Shown here one piece after another: positions 1 to 12,371 of a stretch of 64,000 nt of DNA (its first letter is position 1; the number at the start of each line of letters is the position of its first letter). The notes below the pieces were generated by a model. It was not told where the DNA came from. It was given only the letters and a program-made list of their open reading frames with translations, and did no database searches. The DNA is from Guillardia theta CCMP2712 (lineage: Eukaryota > Protista > Cryptophyta). The stretch covers positions 696,645-760,644 of the forward strand of contig NW_005434656.1 in assembly GCF_000315625.1 (NCBI RefSeq), written 5' to 3'. Made by a program: the position numbers and the translations under genes.

Positions 1-240
1 TTCGTCATCGTCCGAATTCCATCCAGGTCCTGCGATCCAACGGTGAGCCTGGAGTCAAGACGCAAGGCTCCTGCCTGTCGGCCATTCGTTGGGATCCTCG
101 TAGACATTGTTGGTGTCAGGATTCCATACGCGCTGGAAAGGAGCTACTTCCGAATGCGGAGCAGTGTACAGGACGCTCTTTTCAGCACTCTAGTTGACCA
201 GAAGATGTCAGGAGGGAGCAACGAGGCGACAGATCAGTGA
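1..240 (+). CDS. 3' end of a spliced gene, unknown product (partial)
   Basis: A GT-AG intron at 43-103 joins ...QVLRSN to DIVGVRIPYALERS...ATDQ; stop at 238-240. Confidence 0.55.
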   Translation, partial: FVIVRIPSRSCDPTVSLESRRKAPACRPFVGILVDIVGVRIPYALERSYFRMRSSVQDALFSTLVDQKMSGGSNEATDQ

Positions 241-264
241 GAGGAGGAGGAGGAGGAGAAGGAT

Positions 265-2678
265 TCATCCCCACATGTTCTTGCTGATCTCCCACGTATG
301 TACCTGATAATCTGTGAGAGATTGAAAGAGGACAAGGTAAGGAGGATAACCTCTTGGTTTGATTCTTCCAGCAGCTGGCTAGTGAGCTGAGTGCTCTGGT
401 TCTCGTCTCCCCACAGCTGAGAAAGTTTCACTTCCTCGTCATACCATGATCTCCCTGACTCTCCTCTCCCCCTCACCCTCTGAGCCCCCTGTGCACCTTC
501 TCCCCATTTCCTTCCTCCCACCTCCCTCCCTTCCTGTCTCCAATTTCTGCTCCCGTCACCTAAACCCTGACTCTGGCTTTCTCTCACCATCCCTTCCCAT
601 CCTGCTCCTCCCAGCATCTCCTACTTACCCGGCGCTTGAGCGTCAGAGATCGTCGGAAGTACTCGCGAGCTTTTTCCCATTGTGACATCGTCTTGTACAC
701 CTGACGGGGACCAAGAGTGAGGGAAATGGGGTAGGGACAGAGAGAAGACGAGTGCAGGAGGGCAACAGAGGAAGGAAACTAACAGTCAAACGTAACAAGA
801 GAAAGTGAAGGGAAGAGATTGGAAGAAATCGACTGTGGTGCGTTGGAAATAGGCAGTCGTACACACATGCTTACCGTGCCAATGGCAAACGTCATGGCAG
901 CCACTTCCTCGTCATCCTTTGAGAACTCTTCCCAGTAGCTCAGAGCTCTCTCGTAGTACTCTAGCGCCTGCGGGAGGACTTCAACTTCCTCCCCATCCCA
1001 GATACCATCATCTTCATCTTTTTTCCTCCTCTCCTTCCTCCTCTTCTTCCTCTTTCTCTCATAAACTCTCAAACAAATCAGCCCAAAAGCTTCAATCGCC
1101 ACCACCGCCTCCTCTCTCCCACACTTCTACGTGGCTCACCCTGTCCATGTCGTAGTAAGAGTGGAATATGCTTCCTTTCCTCCACAGCGACATCTTCTCC
1201 TCTTGCCTCTTGGTCACCTCTGGATCCTCGTCAGCTTCACGCTCCTGCTTCTGCTCATCTCACGTCAGCGACAGCTCGCAAGCATATAACTCTTGACTGA
1301 CCATCTTGTTCTGCATGCGCAGCAACGAGATCTCCTGATCAAACATTGTCGTCCCTTGCTCCTCTTCCGATTCTGACTCGCGCTCCAGCAACAATCCCGG
1401 CATGTCATTCCGCATAGCAAAGTAGGCGTCCCCCATCTCAATCCCCTCCACCCCTGGGTCCGTCACGTTAGAGGAGGGGACCCCTTCCCCTCCTACCGCG
1501 TTCTCCTCCTTGGCCTTCACCCGTTTCATCATCTTGAGCTTTTTCAGCGCCTCCTCGTCCACCTCAGGCGCATCGCTGACGGATTCGTAGTACACCTCGT
1601 CGTCCTTTCCAAAGCTCAAGTCCTCCTCCTCCTCCTCCTCCTCCTCCTCCCCCTCCTCATCTCCTCCATCCTCTGTTCTATTTTTTGGCGGTTTGGTGGT
1701 TTTCGCTGGCCCCACAAACTCATCTTGGGAGAAGTTCCTCTTCTTGAGATCCTCTATGACCTTGAGCATGAGCTCGCCCTCATGATCCAGATTCCCATCA
1801 TCCTCGAACTCTCGATCCTCCTCCTCCTCCTCCTCCCCAGTGCTCACAGAGGACTTCAATGCGTCAGACTCCTCCCCCGCTCTCTTTCCTTCTCTCCAGG
1901 TCTTCCTGGGGTCCACCTCCTGCATCTTGCCTCCTCCTAGCTCAATGTACACTGACTCCTTCTGTGCCGTCTGATTCTTCCCCTTCTTCGGGACGATCTC
2001 GTCCACTGGCTCGTACTCAGAATCCACATCTCGAAAGCCACGGATCCTCTCCTGGATAAGGTCCTCCACCTGATCTTCATTCTCTATCTGTTCCTCGCTC
2101 TCAACTTTCTTCTCCTTGGCTATCTGCTCTGCCAAGTCCTCCTCCTCCTCCTCCTCCTCCTCCTCCTTCACCTCCTCCTTCCCTTCCTCATTGTCCTCAT
2201 CGAGTTGCAGATCCCCCCACTGGGAAGAGTTGTCGTTCGACTTTCGGTCTGACGACGACTCAAGCTCATGCTCTTCCTCTAGCTCCGCAAAACCCTTCAT
2301 CATCTCTGCCTCATCCTCCTGCCCTGCATTCAGCGATTTCTCCGTCAAGACCTCGTTGCTTGGGTTCTGCTCTCCTTCCGACGACAGCCCTTCCTTCTTC
2401 CAACCCTCTTCCAGCACCTTCTCCCAGTCCAGCTCCGAGTCCTCCGTCAGGTTTGCAGAGCCTCCTCGCAGCTGCAGCGGTCGGACGCCCCTCCTGGCCA
2501 TGGCGGATGCACAAGAGCAAGGACTCATGGCCCGCGGCTCTGACAGCAGTGCTCCCGCTCTCAACGACTGGACTGGTGGATCGGCTCCTATGTTGTCGCC
2601 TTGCAGGAAGAGCACGAGGGCCAGCAGGACAAGGCTGCTGCAGACACGCATGCGGCGGCGCTCTCCTGACATGCTCAT
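265..2678 (-). CDS. Multi-exon protein: signal peptide-like N-terminus, long acidic region, C-terminal TPR-like helices
   Basis: Hydrophobic LVLLALVLFLQG, then LQLRGG. In-frame exons 2678-1302, 1250-1140, 967-875 (ALEYYERALSYW) and 700-629 (WEKAREYFRRSL). The last exons are uncertain. Confidence 0.6.
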
Positions 2679-3832
2679 ACCTGTGGTTAGCAATGTTGAT
2701 GACTGGTAGGCTGGTCTCTGGACATGTCCTGCGAACCGGGCCTCCTTCGGCACAGACTCAGTGGAAAGGAGGGCGAATGCAGTCCGCCATGGCCGAACGT
2801 TTCTGTGCAGCATGTAAGAGCAGAGTCCTCAGTGTGAAGCAAGAAGATCTGGCAACATATCTTTCATGCTCCAATGAATGCGCAACTCTGTCGCTCCCTA
2901 CCTTCCTCCGTCGCTCCCTCCCATCGTTCCTCTGCCTCCACCTCTGACTCCGTTTCTCTCTCTCCCTTCCTCTGCAACCCTATCTTCTCATCTTCGTAAC
3001 ATTCTTTCTCCCGCTTCAGGCGATCCCCCACCTCAGTTTCTGCCGCCTAACTTGGTTATGAGCGTGTCCTATCAGATTTACACCCGTCTCTGGATTAGGC
3101 ATCTGCTTGAAGACTTCATCTCTTTCTCCTTGTTTCACATCTGCATCTTCCTTCTTTCCCTACCAAACTCTCTTCCCCTCCTTCCCCTCCTCCTCTTCAT
3201 TAGCCGCATCCACCAGGATCATTTCTTCCGTGGGTGGGTCCAACAAAGGGGAGGGTACGGGTAGTTTGGAGTAGGGGTGATATCCGTCTCGAACTAGTAT
3301 ATTTGGTGGGTAGGGGTCATCTGTTGATGGGGTGAAGGACAGGGTTCCAGGTATTTGTAACTACCGCAACCTAACGATAAATAACGGATCATTGTGAGAG
3401 TAACCGTTTTATTTCCTGTTTTAGCAGAGCCCCACCCCCTGCCCTAGGTTTGATATCACCCCACCCATAACGTTTGAGTACCTTGGCTCTTCGTGGCTAC
3501 CCCCTATTATTCAACCCTGAGGGTTTTTGTCCATGGGGGTAGGCAATCATTTTGCTGATGAGTTGGCTCACACAGTGTTCAAAACAATTTACTAAATTTC
3601 ATAATAATACTACATAGGTTTCCAAAAATATCCCCTACAATCGCCAACTTTCGTATCGAAAGTCTTTGTACTACCCTACCTAGCCGATTCGAGATCTTAT
3701 TTGGACTCCGGTCTTTTCTGTACCCAATGCACCCACCCACCCCCGTGTAGAAGGAACCTACCCACTGAAATCGCAATTCCGCAAAGGAACCATGTCCCTT
3801 GGCTAACGCCAGCTTCCCCACGACCATGCGCT

Positions 3833-4038
3833 GCGCATACTCCCTTCACTCAAGAACTTTTCTTTACCGCATATTCCCTTCACTCAAGAACTTTTCTTTA
3901 CCGCATATTCCCTTCACTCAAGAACTTTTCTTTACCGCATATTCCCATCACTCAAGAACTTTTCTTTACCGCATATTCCCATCACTAAAGAACTTTTCTT
4001 TACCGCATATTCCCATCACTCAAGAACTTTTCATTACC
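3833..4038. repeat. Minisatellite, about 6 x 34 bp
   Basis: Head-to-tail unit CCGCATATTCCC(T/A)TCACTCAAGAACTTTTCTTTA with no spacers. Confidence 0.95.
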
Positions 4039-5581
4039 TCTCCTCCGCATATTACCTTCACTTCCCATCCTTGCTTGACTCTTTTGGTTTCCATTTGCCT
4101 ACTCCACCCGCTCTCGCGTCACCTGATCTCATTTCAACATTATGTTCATCAACCAACAAGAACAACAACAACAACAACAACAGCAACAACAACAACAACA
4201 ACACCTTCTACTGCATCTGCATCTAACTGCAACTGCAGCTGCATCTGTTGGTTTATAACGGACTTCAACAAATGAACCATTACAACAAAATTTTCATCAC
4301 AATCTTCATTCTTTTTCTGAACCTCAACATCATCATTATCCCATTTCCTGACTTCGTGCACAATCATTCCGTTTGATGCTGCTTTAATCATCATCGTTTT
4401 CATCCATATCATTTGGTTGTCGAATTTACAGATTGCTAAGAAAGCTTGAGAATTGCATAGGTGAAATGTTGCGGTGCCGGATAGAATCGAATTGCAATTC
4501 GTTCGAAAGGAGCCATGACTTCTCGAGTGTTGCTGCTTTAAATGAAAACGTCAGGGAGAACAGGAAACGTAGTAGGGCAGGAAATGCGTCGCTGGCTGTG
4601 CAAGGACTTTTGTTGAGCGAACACAGTACTGAGATGGATTTATACACATGCGATCACTAGCTAGGGAAGAAGAATAGTGCTCTTAGAAGAATAGTGCTTT
4701 ACTCAATTGCTGCTTTCTATTTTACTTCTCCACCTGCTGCATGTCTATAGATGATACAAGAGTCAGCTTCGAGTCAAGGCGTCAGTGCTAGAAATTCATT
4801 TGACGTTGCAGTGTGCAATCGCTGCGAACTTTCTATCTTCTGACGGGTCTTGCTTGCAGTTCCGTTTCCTGATCGTATGAGAATGTTCTCGGAACTTCAT
4901 GTAAGCTCTCGTCCCCTTGATGCAGCTTCGCCCATGTTCTTGGCTTACCCACGCTCTCATCCTCTCCTCCTCATCCTCTATCTTTCCTATATCCTCATCC
5001 TATATCCTCAATTCCTAGCCCTATGCTGCGTGTTCACTCTTTCCATGGATTGAAATATGGTGAACCTTACAGGACCTGAGCTACCAGAACAGCTGGAGCT
5101 GGTTCTTGAAGCCAAGAGCCCAGGCCAAGGAGAAGAAATTGTTGGAGAATTTTCACGCAGCTGGTTTTCCCCTTCCAAAGGGCTTCCAGGACAGCAAGGG
5201 AAAATGAACAAGGACATGGTGAACGTGGGAGGGCTTAGTGTTGGGGGTCGCTAGCACGTGCTCGGAACCATGTTATTCGTCGTGAAGGCGGCGGTCTCTT
5301 GCTGCATGCATCGTTGATGTGCGAGGCATGTGGGCATGCAAGCTTTCATTTCTTGCGGTGGAAGTGCGGAAAACAGATGTATGTCAGTAAACAAAGATTA
5401 CATTGGAAGTCTAGTGGTTTTGCTCTAGCTGCATGCACGGATTGATAGGCCGCGCTTGTCCACGCCGATTTCTTCGAGCATGAAAACATGACTACACCTC
5501 AATCACTTTCGCAAAAGATTCCGCAGTACATTTTTCCTGCAACAAATGAGTTTTCTTCAACACTATCCACTTCGTAGCTTG

Positions 5582-7126
5582 TCAAATCATTTTTTCATCC
5601 TCCAGTGGAGACACGTTGATCAGGCACTTTGGCCCGGGGAAGAGGGTAATCTTCCAGGTGGGAACGATGGGCGGACAGTTCTCCGAGACCTCGAAGCGAA
5701 AGTTCTGCACCAGCAGCGCCAGCACAGCCATGAACTCTTTCTCTGCGAAGTTCCTCCCAATGCACTGCCGAGCTCCTGCCAGGAAGGGAATCCAAGAGAA
5801 GGGGTGCTTGTCGTCCTTGGTGGGAGACGCCTGGAGCCATCGCTCTGGCCAGAAGTCATCCGGACGATCCCAAAGCTCCAAGGAGCGTCCTAGGAGGAAT
5901 GGGGAGACTACCATGATCGTACCCTTGTCAACTTGATTGCCTTGGATCACCTCGTCTTTGGTGGTCGTTCGGAAGGTGATGGGGGCAGGGGGGTAGAGTC
6001 GGAGGACCTCTTTCATGACCGCAAAGAGGTAGGGGAGGTGCTTGTCGCTGAGCTCATGCACAGCCGGGCACCGCCCTTGCAGCTTGCCCGACAGCTCCGC
6101 ACGGAGCTTCTCCTGATTCTCCCGGTGGCCCGCCAAGAGGTAGATCGCCCAGGAGAGCGCGTTGCCAGTCGTCTCGTGCCCAGCAACCATGAAGGTCTGC
6201 ACGTTAAAGATCAGTTCCTCCTCCGACAGCCTCCTGTCTGGGTCCTGGTTGTCCGTAGCATCGATCAGCAGCCCCAGAAGGTCCTTGCAGTTACCCCCTT
6301 GAGCCATCCGCTCCCTCACGATCTTCTTGACGGTGGACCGAAGGACTTTCTCAGCTTGTCGCTCCCGGTAGTAGCTGGGGAGGTCGAGCATGTACAGGAG
6401 AGGGTAAGTCCTGCAGAAGAACATCCACAGCGAGCTCCCAGCCGTCGGGGTCAACTCAAGATAAGCCTGCCGGAGCTCCGAGTTGTTTCCCTCGATAGCA
6501 TTGAAGTCATAGCCGAAGGCCGCCAGCCCGATGATGTCCAGAGTGAGGCAGGACATCTCGGACTTGAGATCGATCTCGTGCACCTTGTTGCTCTGCAACG
6601 ACACCTGCCGCTTCCACCTGCGGATGATGCGCTCCGTCGAGGAGGTGAAGATGGGATACAAGTTCTTGAGAGCGTCGAAGTGGAACGCCTCGCTGATGAT
6701 CTTCCGATGCCTCACATGGTCATCGCCATCCACTGTCAGCAGACCATTCCCGACGATCTTGCGCAGTAGCCGGATCTCAGTCTGAGGCTTGTGAAAGTCG
6801 CGGGGGTTGGAGATGAGAACGCGCTTGAGAGATTCGACGTCGGTGATCACCAGCCTGTAGCTGATCCCGATCAGGCGATAGCAGAACACGCTGCCGTACT
6901 CCCTCGACCATCGTAGCAGCGTACCGCAGACATCATGGCGGGCCTCCGGCAGGCTGCCAAGAATCAAGCTCTTGCCCCTCGGCCCCTTGAACTTGCTCAT
7001 GGTGCAGATCGTGCGGTACCATCTCCCTACTCGAAGGACGAACTTGATCGAAAGGAATGAGAGGAGCGCCCTCGTGCCATATCTGGTCAGCAGACGAGCC
7101 AAGCTCTGGTCCACGTGCTGAAGCAT
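5582..7126 (-). CDS. Cytochrome P450, intronless
   Basis: N-terminal hydrophobic anchor, I-helix AGHETT, K-helix EVLR, PERW and heme motif FLAGARQCIG. First ATG at 7126; the ORF-track start at 7225 is not ATG. Confidence 0.95.
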   Translation of the reverse strand: MLQHVDQSLARLLTRYGTRALLSFLSIKFVLRVGRWYRTICTMSKFKGPRGKSLILGSLPEARHDVCGTLLRWSREYGSVFCYRLIGISYRLVITDVESLKRVLISNPRDFHKPQTEIRLLRKIVGNGLLTVDGDDHVRHRKIISEAFHFDALKNLYPIFTSSTERIIRRWKRQVSLQSNKVHEIDLKSEMSCLTLDIIGLAAFGYDFNAIEGNNSELRQAYLELTPTAGSSLWMFFCRTYPLLYMLDLPSYYRERQAEKVLRSTVKKIVRERMAQGGNCKDLLGLLIDATDNQDPDRRLSEEELIFNVQTFMVAGHETTGNALSWAIYLLAGHRENQEKLRAELSGKLQGRCPAVHELSDKHLPYLFAVMKEVLRLYPPAPITFRTTTKDEVIQGNQVDKGTIMVVSPFLLGRSLELWDRPDDFWPERWLQASPTKDDKHPFSWIPFLAGARQCIGRNFAEKEFMAVLALLVQNFRFEVSENCPPIVPTWKITLFPGPKCLINVSPLEDEKMI

Positions 7127-7613
7127 CGGGGCAGCCCTCAGTCGAGGAGTCGCTGCTACGAAAACGTCATACAGGGAAGCAGGCGGGGGGCGGTTAGAAC
7201 AAGGTTCACTGCTTCCTACCACCAAACTACCAGTGCAGTTCCAGATCTATCCTCTCGGCACTATATTCACAGCATTTTTCACTCTGTGCTAAACACGTTT
7301 CCTCTCTAGTCATCCAACAAAGTGAAAAGCGTGTATGGAAGATTCCTTGCATTCCCGCCTCCCTGCCTTCTCCAGTACCGCATGCAATATCCAGGCGTTG
7401 CGTCCTCCTCCATGCATCGCACTCTGTCCTCCTTATCCCTCGTATACTCTCCCTGCAGTCCTCTCTTCGCTCTCCTCCTCCCCCCCACATCCGATAGATG
7501 CATTGCATATCCTTCCAGTTTGTCGAGGGCGTGACAGAGGCATGCCCTCTTCCCCGCTCTTTATTTACGTGTCGGGCGCAAAATCCAACCTGGCGCAACT
7601 CAGCGACGTAACG

Positions 7614-8868
7614 ATGGCGCGGGCAGCAGCAGCGCGCATGGCAGTCTGCGTGACCTTCGCGTCCCTCCCCACAGGGATCTCATCCTTTCGTTCTCTGGCC
7701 TCCAGAAGGTTCTGGTCTCCCCGCCATGCCACGCTCCTGTCCTCCCTCTCTTCTTACCCATCTTTCCGTTCCTTCAGTACTGCTTTCTCGCTCGCCCCCG
7801 TACAAGCCAGCTTCCGTACCCTGCGATCTGCGTTCTATTGTCCTGACAGGACAGACAAGTCAGGTAGCAATCATTCATCAAGCTTCTTGCTTCGCAAACG
7901 TTCTTGTGATGATAGCTTTCAGTTGTATCCTGTGTGCCAAGTACGCAAAAGAGCAGCGCAGGTTCGGCTGCCTTCTTTCCCAGCAGTGTGGGAGGCTCAC
8001 TTGGTACTAGCCCGCAATCTTGTCATGAGTGTACAGGCCTCAAAGCTGCAGGTTGAGCAGTTTCCTTGCTTGAACGACAACTACGGTACGTTCACTTGTG
8101 TAGAAGCTTGCTTGTATGTGAGATAGCGTTGCGACAGGCTATATTATCCACGACCCCTCGTCAGGAAAACTCCCTCAGACCTGATCATCTCTTGATGACA
8201 TCTTGTGCAGGGCTCACAGCAGCCATCGATACGCCAGAGCTAAAGGTTGTCTTGATCGCTTGAAAAGTTCTCTCCCGTCTGACCTGATGCTGTATATAGC
8301 CGTACCTCCATGTCCTGGAAAGAAAGGGGTGGAAGCTTGACTACATATTGAACACGTAAGCCATCTCGTCCTCTCTCCGTTTGCATGCTCTCTGAACGGT
8401 TGACCCTGCTCGAATCGGCACCTCCTCAGGCACCATCATTTCGATCACGCAGGTTGCAACCTGGAACTGAAGAAGTCGACAGGGTGCAAGGCAAGTGAAG
8501 TATGAGGATGACTTGTAGGGGTGATTGACATACGAAATCAGATCGTTGGACCAAAAGGAGAGAAAGACAAGATTCCTGGTCCTCCGGCCTCCTTGCCTTG
8601 CACAAGATTCCGGCTCTAAAACCGTGTCACTCGACAGGAATCGACATCGCTGTTGACCAGGGTGACACATTCGATTTCGGAGCCAAGGTGATTGGTGAAG
8701 ACCGACTGCTCTGACCTTGACTGTGCGTGGCCGCCGTAGAAAATTCATGTCCTGAATGTGGGGGGCCACACCCATGGGCACATAGCGTACTTCCTTCCGG
8801 AGGAGAAGTAAGTTGTGAATGTGCAGGCTGCACTGATTGTTTCTCTCGCTCGCTCGCTCGCTCGCTCG

Positions 8869-8940
<72 letters not shown>

Positions 8941-9228
8941 NNNNNNNNNNNNNNNNNNNNNNNNNNNNNNNNNNNNNNNNNNNNNNNNNNNNNNNNNNNN
9001 NNNNNNNNNNNNNNNNNNNNNNNNNNNNNNNNNNNNNNNNTCTGACGAGACAAGACTTATATGGATCAGTGTGTGCTGCTGGCGTGTTAAGTCGATAGCT
9101 GTAAGAACTGTACCCACAGTGACGCATCATCCGTTGTTAGGCTCCTAGAAAATATTATAACAACCCCTTAGTAGTAGGAAGCGAGAAAGACATGCATCGA
9201 GTATGTCGCTCGCTCGCTCGCTTAATCG

Positions 9229-9304
<76 letters not shown>

Positions 9305-10079
9305 CCCTCCCTCCCCCCTCCCTCTATCTCTATCTCTATCTCTATATCTATCTATATCTATCTATCTCTATCTCTATCTTCCTCCTCCTCCCTCTCTCTC
9401 TCTCTCTCTCCAACACGTTGGTATGATTGTTTGCCTGACGTTGTTGTCTTCCTTGGATCAGCTGTGCGTTCGTTGGAGACTCCTTGTTCGCTCTCGGATG
9501 TGGCAGGCTCTTCGAAGGTACATTCCCGCAGGTGTTTCCTCCTTTTCTCTTACGCCAACAGCACTTGTGTGACAATGGCGTGTCAGATGTACGACTCCCT
9601 TCAACGCCTTGCAAGTCTACCCGATGACACGGTAATTGAGCGAAGGATGGACTTGCGTTTGAATACTTGTATCCTCTCAGGTCTTGTACTGTGCCCACGA
9701 GTACACCATGAGCAACGCGAAGTTTGCCTTATCAGTGGAGCCCGGCAACCCGATGCTGCAGAAGCGATTCGAGCAGGTTTGTCTCCTCGCTTTCTCCCCG
9801 TTGCAGCCTTCCCGGACTGCCCTCCTTGCTTCTTATAAGCTTCTTTCCAGATCAAAAAATTGAGGGAGGTCGGCAACCCCACGGTGCCTTCGCTCCTCTC
9901 AGAGGAAAAGGCTACCAATCCCTTCCTCAGAACGAGCAGCCCTGAGATACGAAATGTTGGAGTGGAGGTTGCGGAAGGCATGGGGCTGACTCTTGTGCTC
10001 GCAGTCATTAAAGCTGTCGCCTGACGCTAAGGACGTCGAAGTCTTCGCTGCCATTCGCAAGGCTAAGGACAACTTCTAA
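7614..10079 (+). CDS. GLO2: Hydroxyacylglutathione hydrolase (glyoxalase II) with organellar-type presequence, many introns
   Basis: Spliced motifs [62 protein letters not shown] and terminal IRKAKDNF*. Confidence 0.92.
8875..9302. repeat. (CT)n microsatellites on both sides of the assembly gap 8941-9040, inside a GLO2 intron
   Basis: Two (CT)n runs, each preceded by (CGCT)n and CCAT. Confidence 0.9.
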
Positions 10080-10159
10080 TGTTGGTGTATCTGTGAAGTG
10101 AGGAGGTCGAAACTGGTCGGGATCCCCCGCTTTTATGCCGCACATTCATCAAAACAATC

Positions 10160-10743
10160 TCATTCAGATGCAAGCATCTCTGCATAGTCTTCGTAATACA
10201 CCTTGTTCGTCTCCGGGTCAACGGCAGCTATTATCATCTCCTTGACCTGTCGAACGCGTCAACGGCGAGATGTCTGCCGGCTCTATGACTGGTTCTCACC
10301 TCCTCTTCTGAGAACTTCTCGCCATAGGACGTGATGAGCCGCTCGAGCTCGTCGGCTTCAAGGTACCCCTTCTTGTCGACGTCCAGCGCCTGAAACGCCA
10401 TGAGGATTTCGTCCTCGGTGTTGCGCTTGTGACTCATGGCCTCCTCCGTAAGGAGCCGGACGGCGAGTGCCTCGAACTTGTCGAAGACGATGAATCCCGT
10501 CGGCTCCTCCTCCTCGATCTCGTGGATCCACCTCTGCAGCTGCTTCTCTGTGGGAAAGATGTTGAGGGAACGGATGATGGTCCCCACCTCGCGGACGTCG
10601 CATGCCCCCCTCCCCTCCCTGTCAAACACCTGTGACGAGTCACATACAGCAGCCAGCTCGACATTATGGCGGACAGGCACCTGGAATGATTCTTTGATCT
10701 TCTTTCTTAGTTCAGCATGCTCGTCTTCACCAGCGAACGCCAT
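10160..10743 (-). CDS. DRC8: EF-hand protein, dynein regulatory complex subunit 8-like (3 exons)
   Basis: FQ|VFDREGRGACDVREVGTIIRSLNIFPTE...EEEEPTGFI...AFQALDVDKKGYL...GEKFSEEE|VKEMIIAAVDPETNKVYYEDY matches the EFCAB2/DRC8 pattern. Confidence 0.82.
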
Positions 10744-10993
10744 GGTGTTGTCCCAGCCTGCACTCCTTTCTACTTGCCTGCATGTGGAATTCTCAGAAGG
10801 ATGCTCGAGACCATAATCGTTCTCTCCACTGGTCTCTTCATTCTTCATTGTCTTTTTCTCCCACGGATACTAAATTCAACCTTGTAATAATCCTTCTCGT
10901 CCTCGTCCCTGTCCTCCTCCTGCTCCCGCTCCTCCTCCTCGCCTTTCTCCTCCTCCTTGTGATCCCACTCCTGCTCCTGCTCCCCCTCCTGAA

Positions 10994-11031
<38 letters not shown>

Positions 11032-11221
11032 CCCTCCTGAACCTGCTCCCCCTCCTCCCTCCTGCTCCTCCTCCTCTCCATCCACATCCTCCTCCTCCTC
11101 AACCACCACCACCACCACCTCATCATCATCATCATCATCATCATCATCAGTATCCTCCTCCTCCTCCTCCTTTTCCTCCTCCTCCTCCTCCTCCTCCTCC
11201 TCCTCCTCATCATCATCATCA

Positions 11222-11467
11222 TCACCGCCGCACATCAGGCGTGTAGACGTGACCGCCTTTCCGTCGCAACATGTTGATCTCTGCTTTGAGTGCCTCCATC
11301 TCCCTCGCCTGCAGCTTCACCAGACTGACGAGCTGCCGCAACCAGTCAGTCTCGCCATCCCCCCCCCCGTAAAGTTGTTGTCTCACCTGTTCCCTCTCAG
11401 CTTTCACCTTCTCCTTTGAAGGTCCGACTTCTGCCACCATGCGAGACTGTGTGGAGTTGAGCTCCTT
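11222..11467 (-). CDS. CFAP44: C-terminal two exons of a CFAP44/WDR52-like axonemal protein, running into the gap
   Basis: KELNSTQSRMVAEVGP...EREQ|LVSLVKLQAREMEALKAEINMLRRKGGHVYTP resembles the CFAP44 terminus (LVQLQAQEIEALKEEI..L.RKGGH). Confidence 0.7.
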   Translation of the reverse strand, partial: KELNSTQSRMVAEVGPSKEKVKAEREQVRQQLYGGGDGETDWLRQLVSLVKLQAREMEALKAEINMLRRKGGHVYTPDVRR

Positions 11468-12076
11468 NNNNNNNNNNNNNNNNNNNNNNNNNNNNNNNNN
11501 NNNNNNNNNNNNNNNNNNNNNNNNNNNNNNNNNNNNNNNNNNNNNNNNNNNNNNNNNNNNNNNNNNNTCAACTCACAATGATTCGGCACTCCTCCGAGGC
11601 AAAGTGGGTTAGCTGACTGAGTCACGAGGACAGTAGACTCAGTCACAGCCTCCGCTCGGAGTCAGACAGGCTGACTGGCTCGCCAGCCCGGCCGCCGCCG
11701 CCGCGGGGCGGCTTCCTGGCGTGACCGTGACCGCCGGTCACCGAGCGGCCTCGTGAGTTGCCGTACTACCCATAGCGTTGCCGTTCCGTATCCTTGTCGG
11801 ATCAGTCAACCAGGGTGGTTCTCATAGTAGTTTTAGTCAAATTCAAGCGGCAAGAGAAAATTGACCTAAAAATGTTTGCTCCGTCAATTTATGTACCTTT
11901 TTCGTTGCCAGGGCTGCCGGGCCATCCAAGACAAGAAGGGCAATGTTGAGCAAAACCTTCCTCTATTTGATATGAATAGGCGTGTATAGTTGACTAAATA
12001 ATCATGAGGAGGCTCGGGGTAGGTATTCAAAAGATTTGAATTATCATCGTCATAATCATCATCATCAGCATCGTGG

Positions 12077-12246
<170 letters not shown>

Positions 12247-12371
12247 TTGCTCCAAGTTCTTCTGCCACCATTCCCCACCCACACAGCAATCTCTTCCACC
12301 ATCAACGGCTCTGGGGTGCCCTCATACCCTTTTATTCATCCCCCTCATTCCCTTTTGCTAATTTCGTCGCC

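Noticed and set aside
3833-4038. CRISPR-like array (34-bp repeats)
   Set aside because: Units are directly tandem with no spacers, there are no cas genes, and the context is eukaryotic.
4426-5217. Possible small spliced gene on the minus strand
   Set aside because: Frames and junctions are ambiguous and no domain is recognisable.
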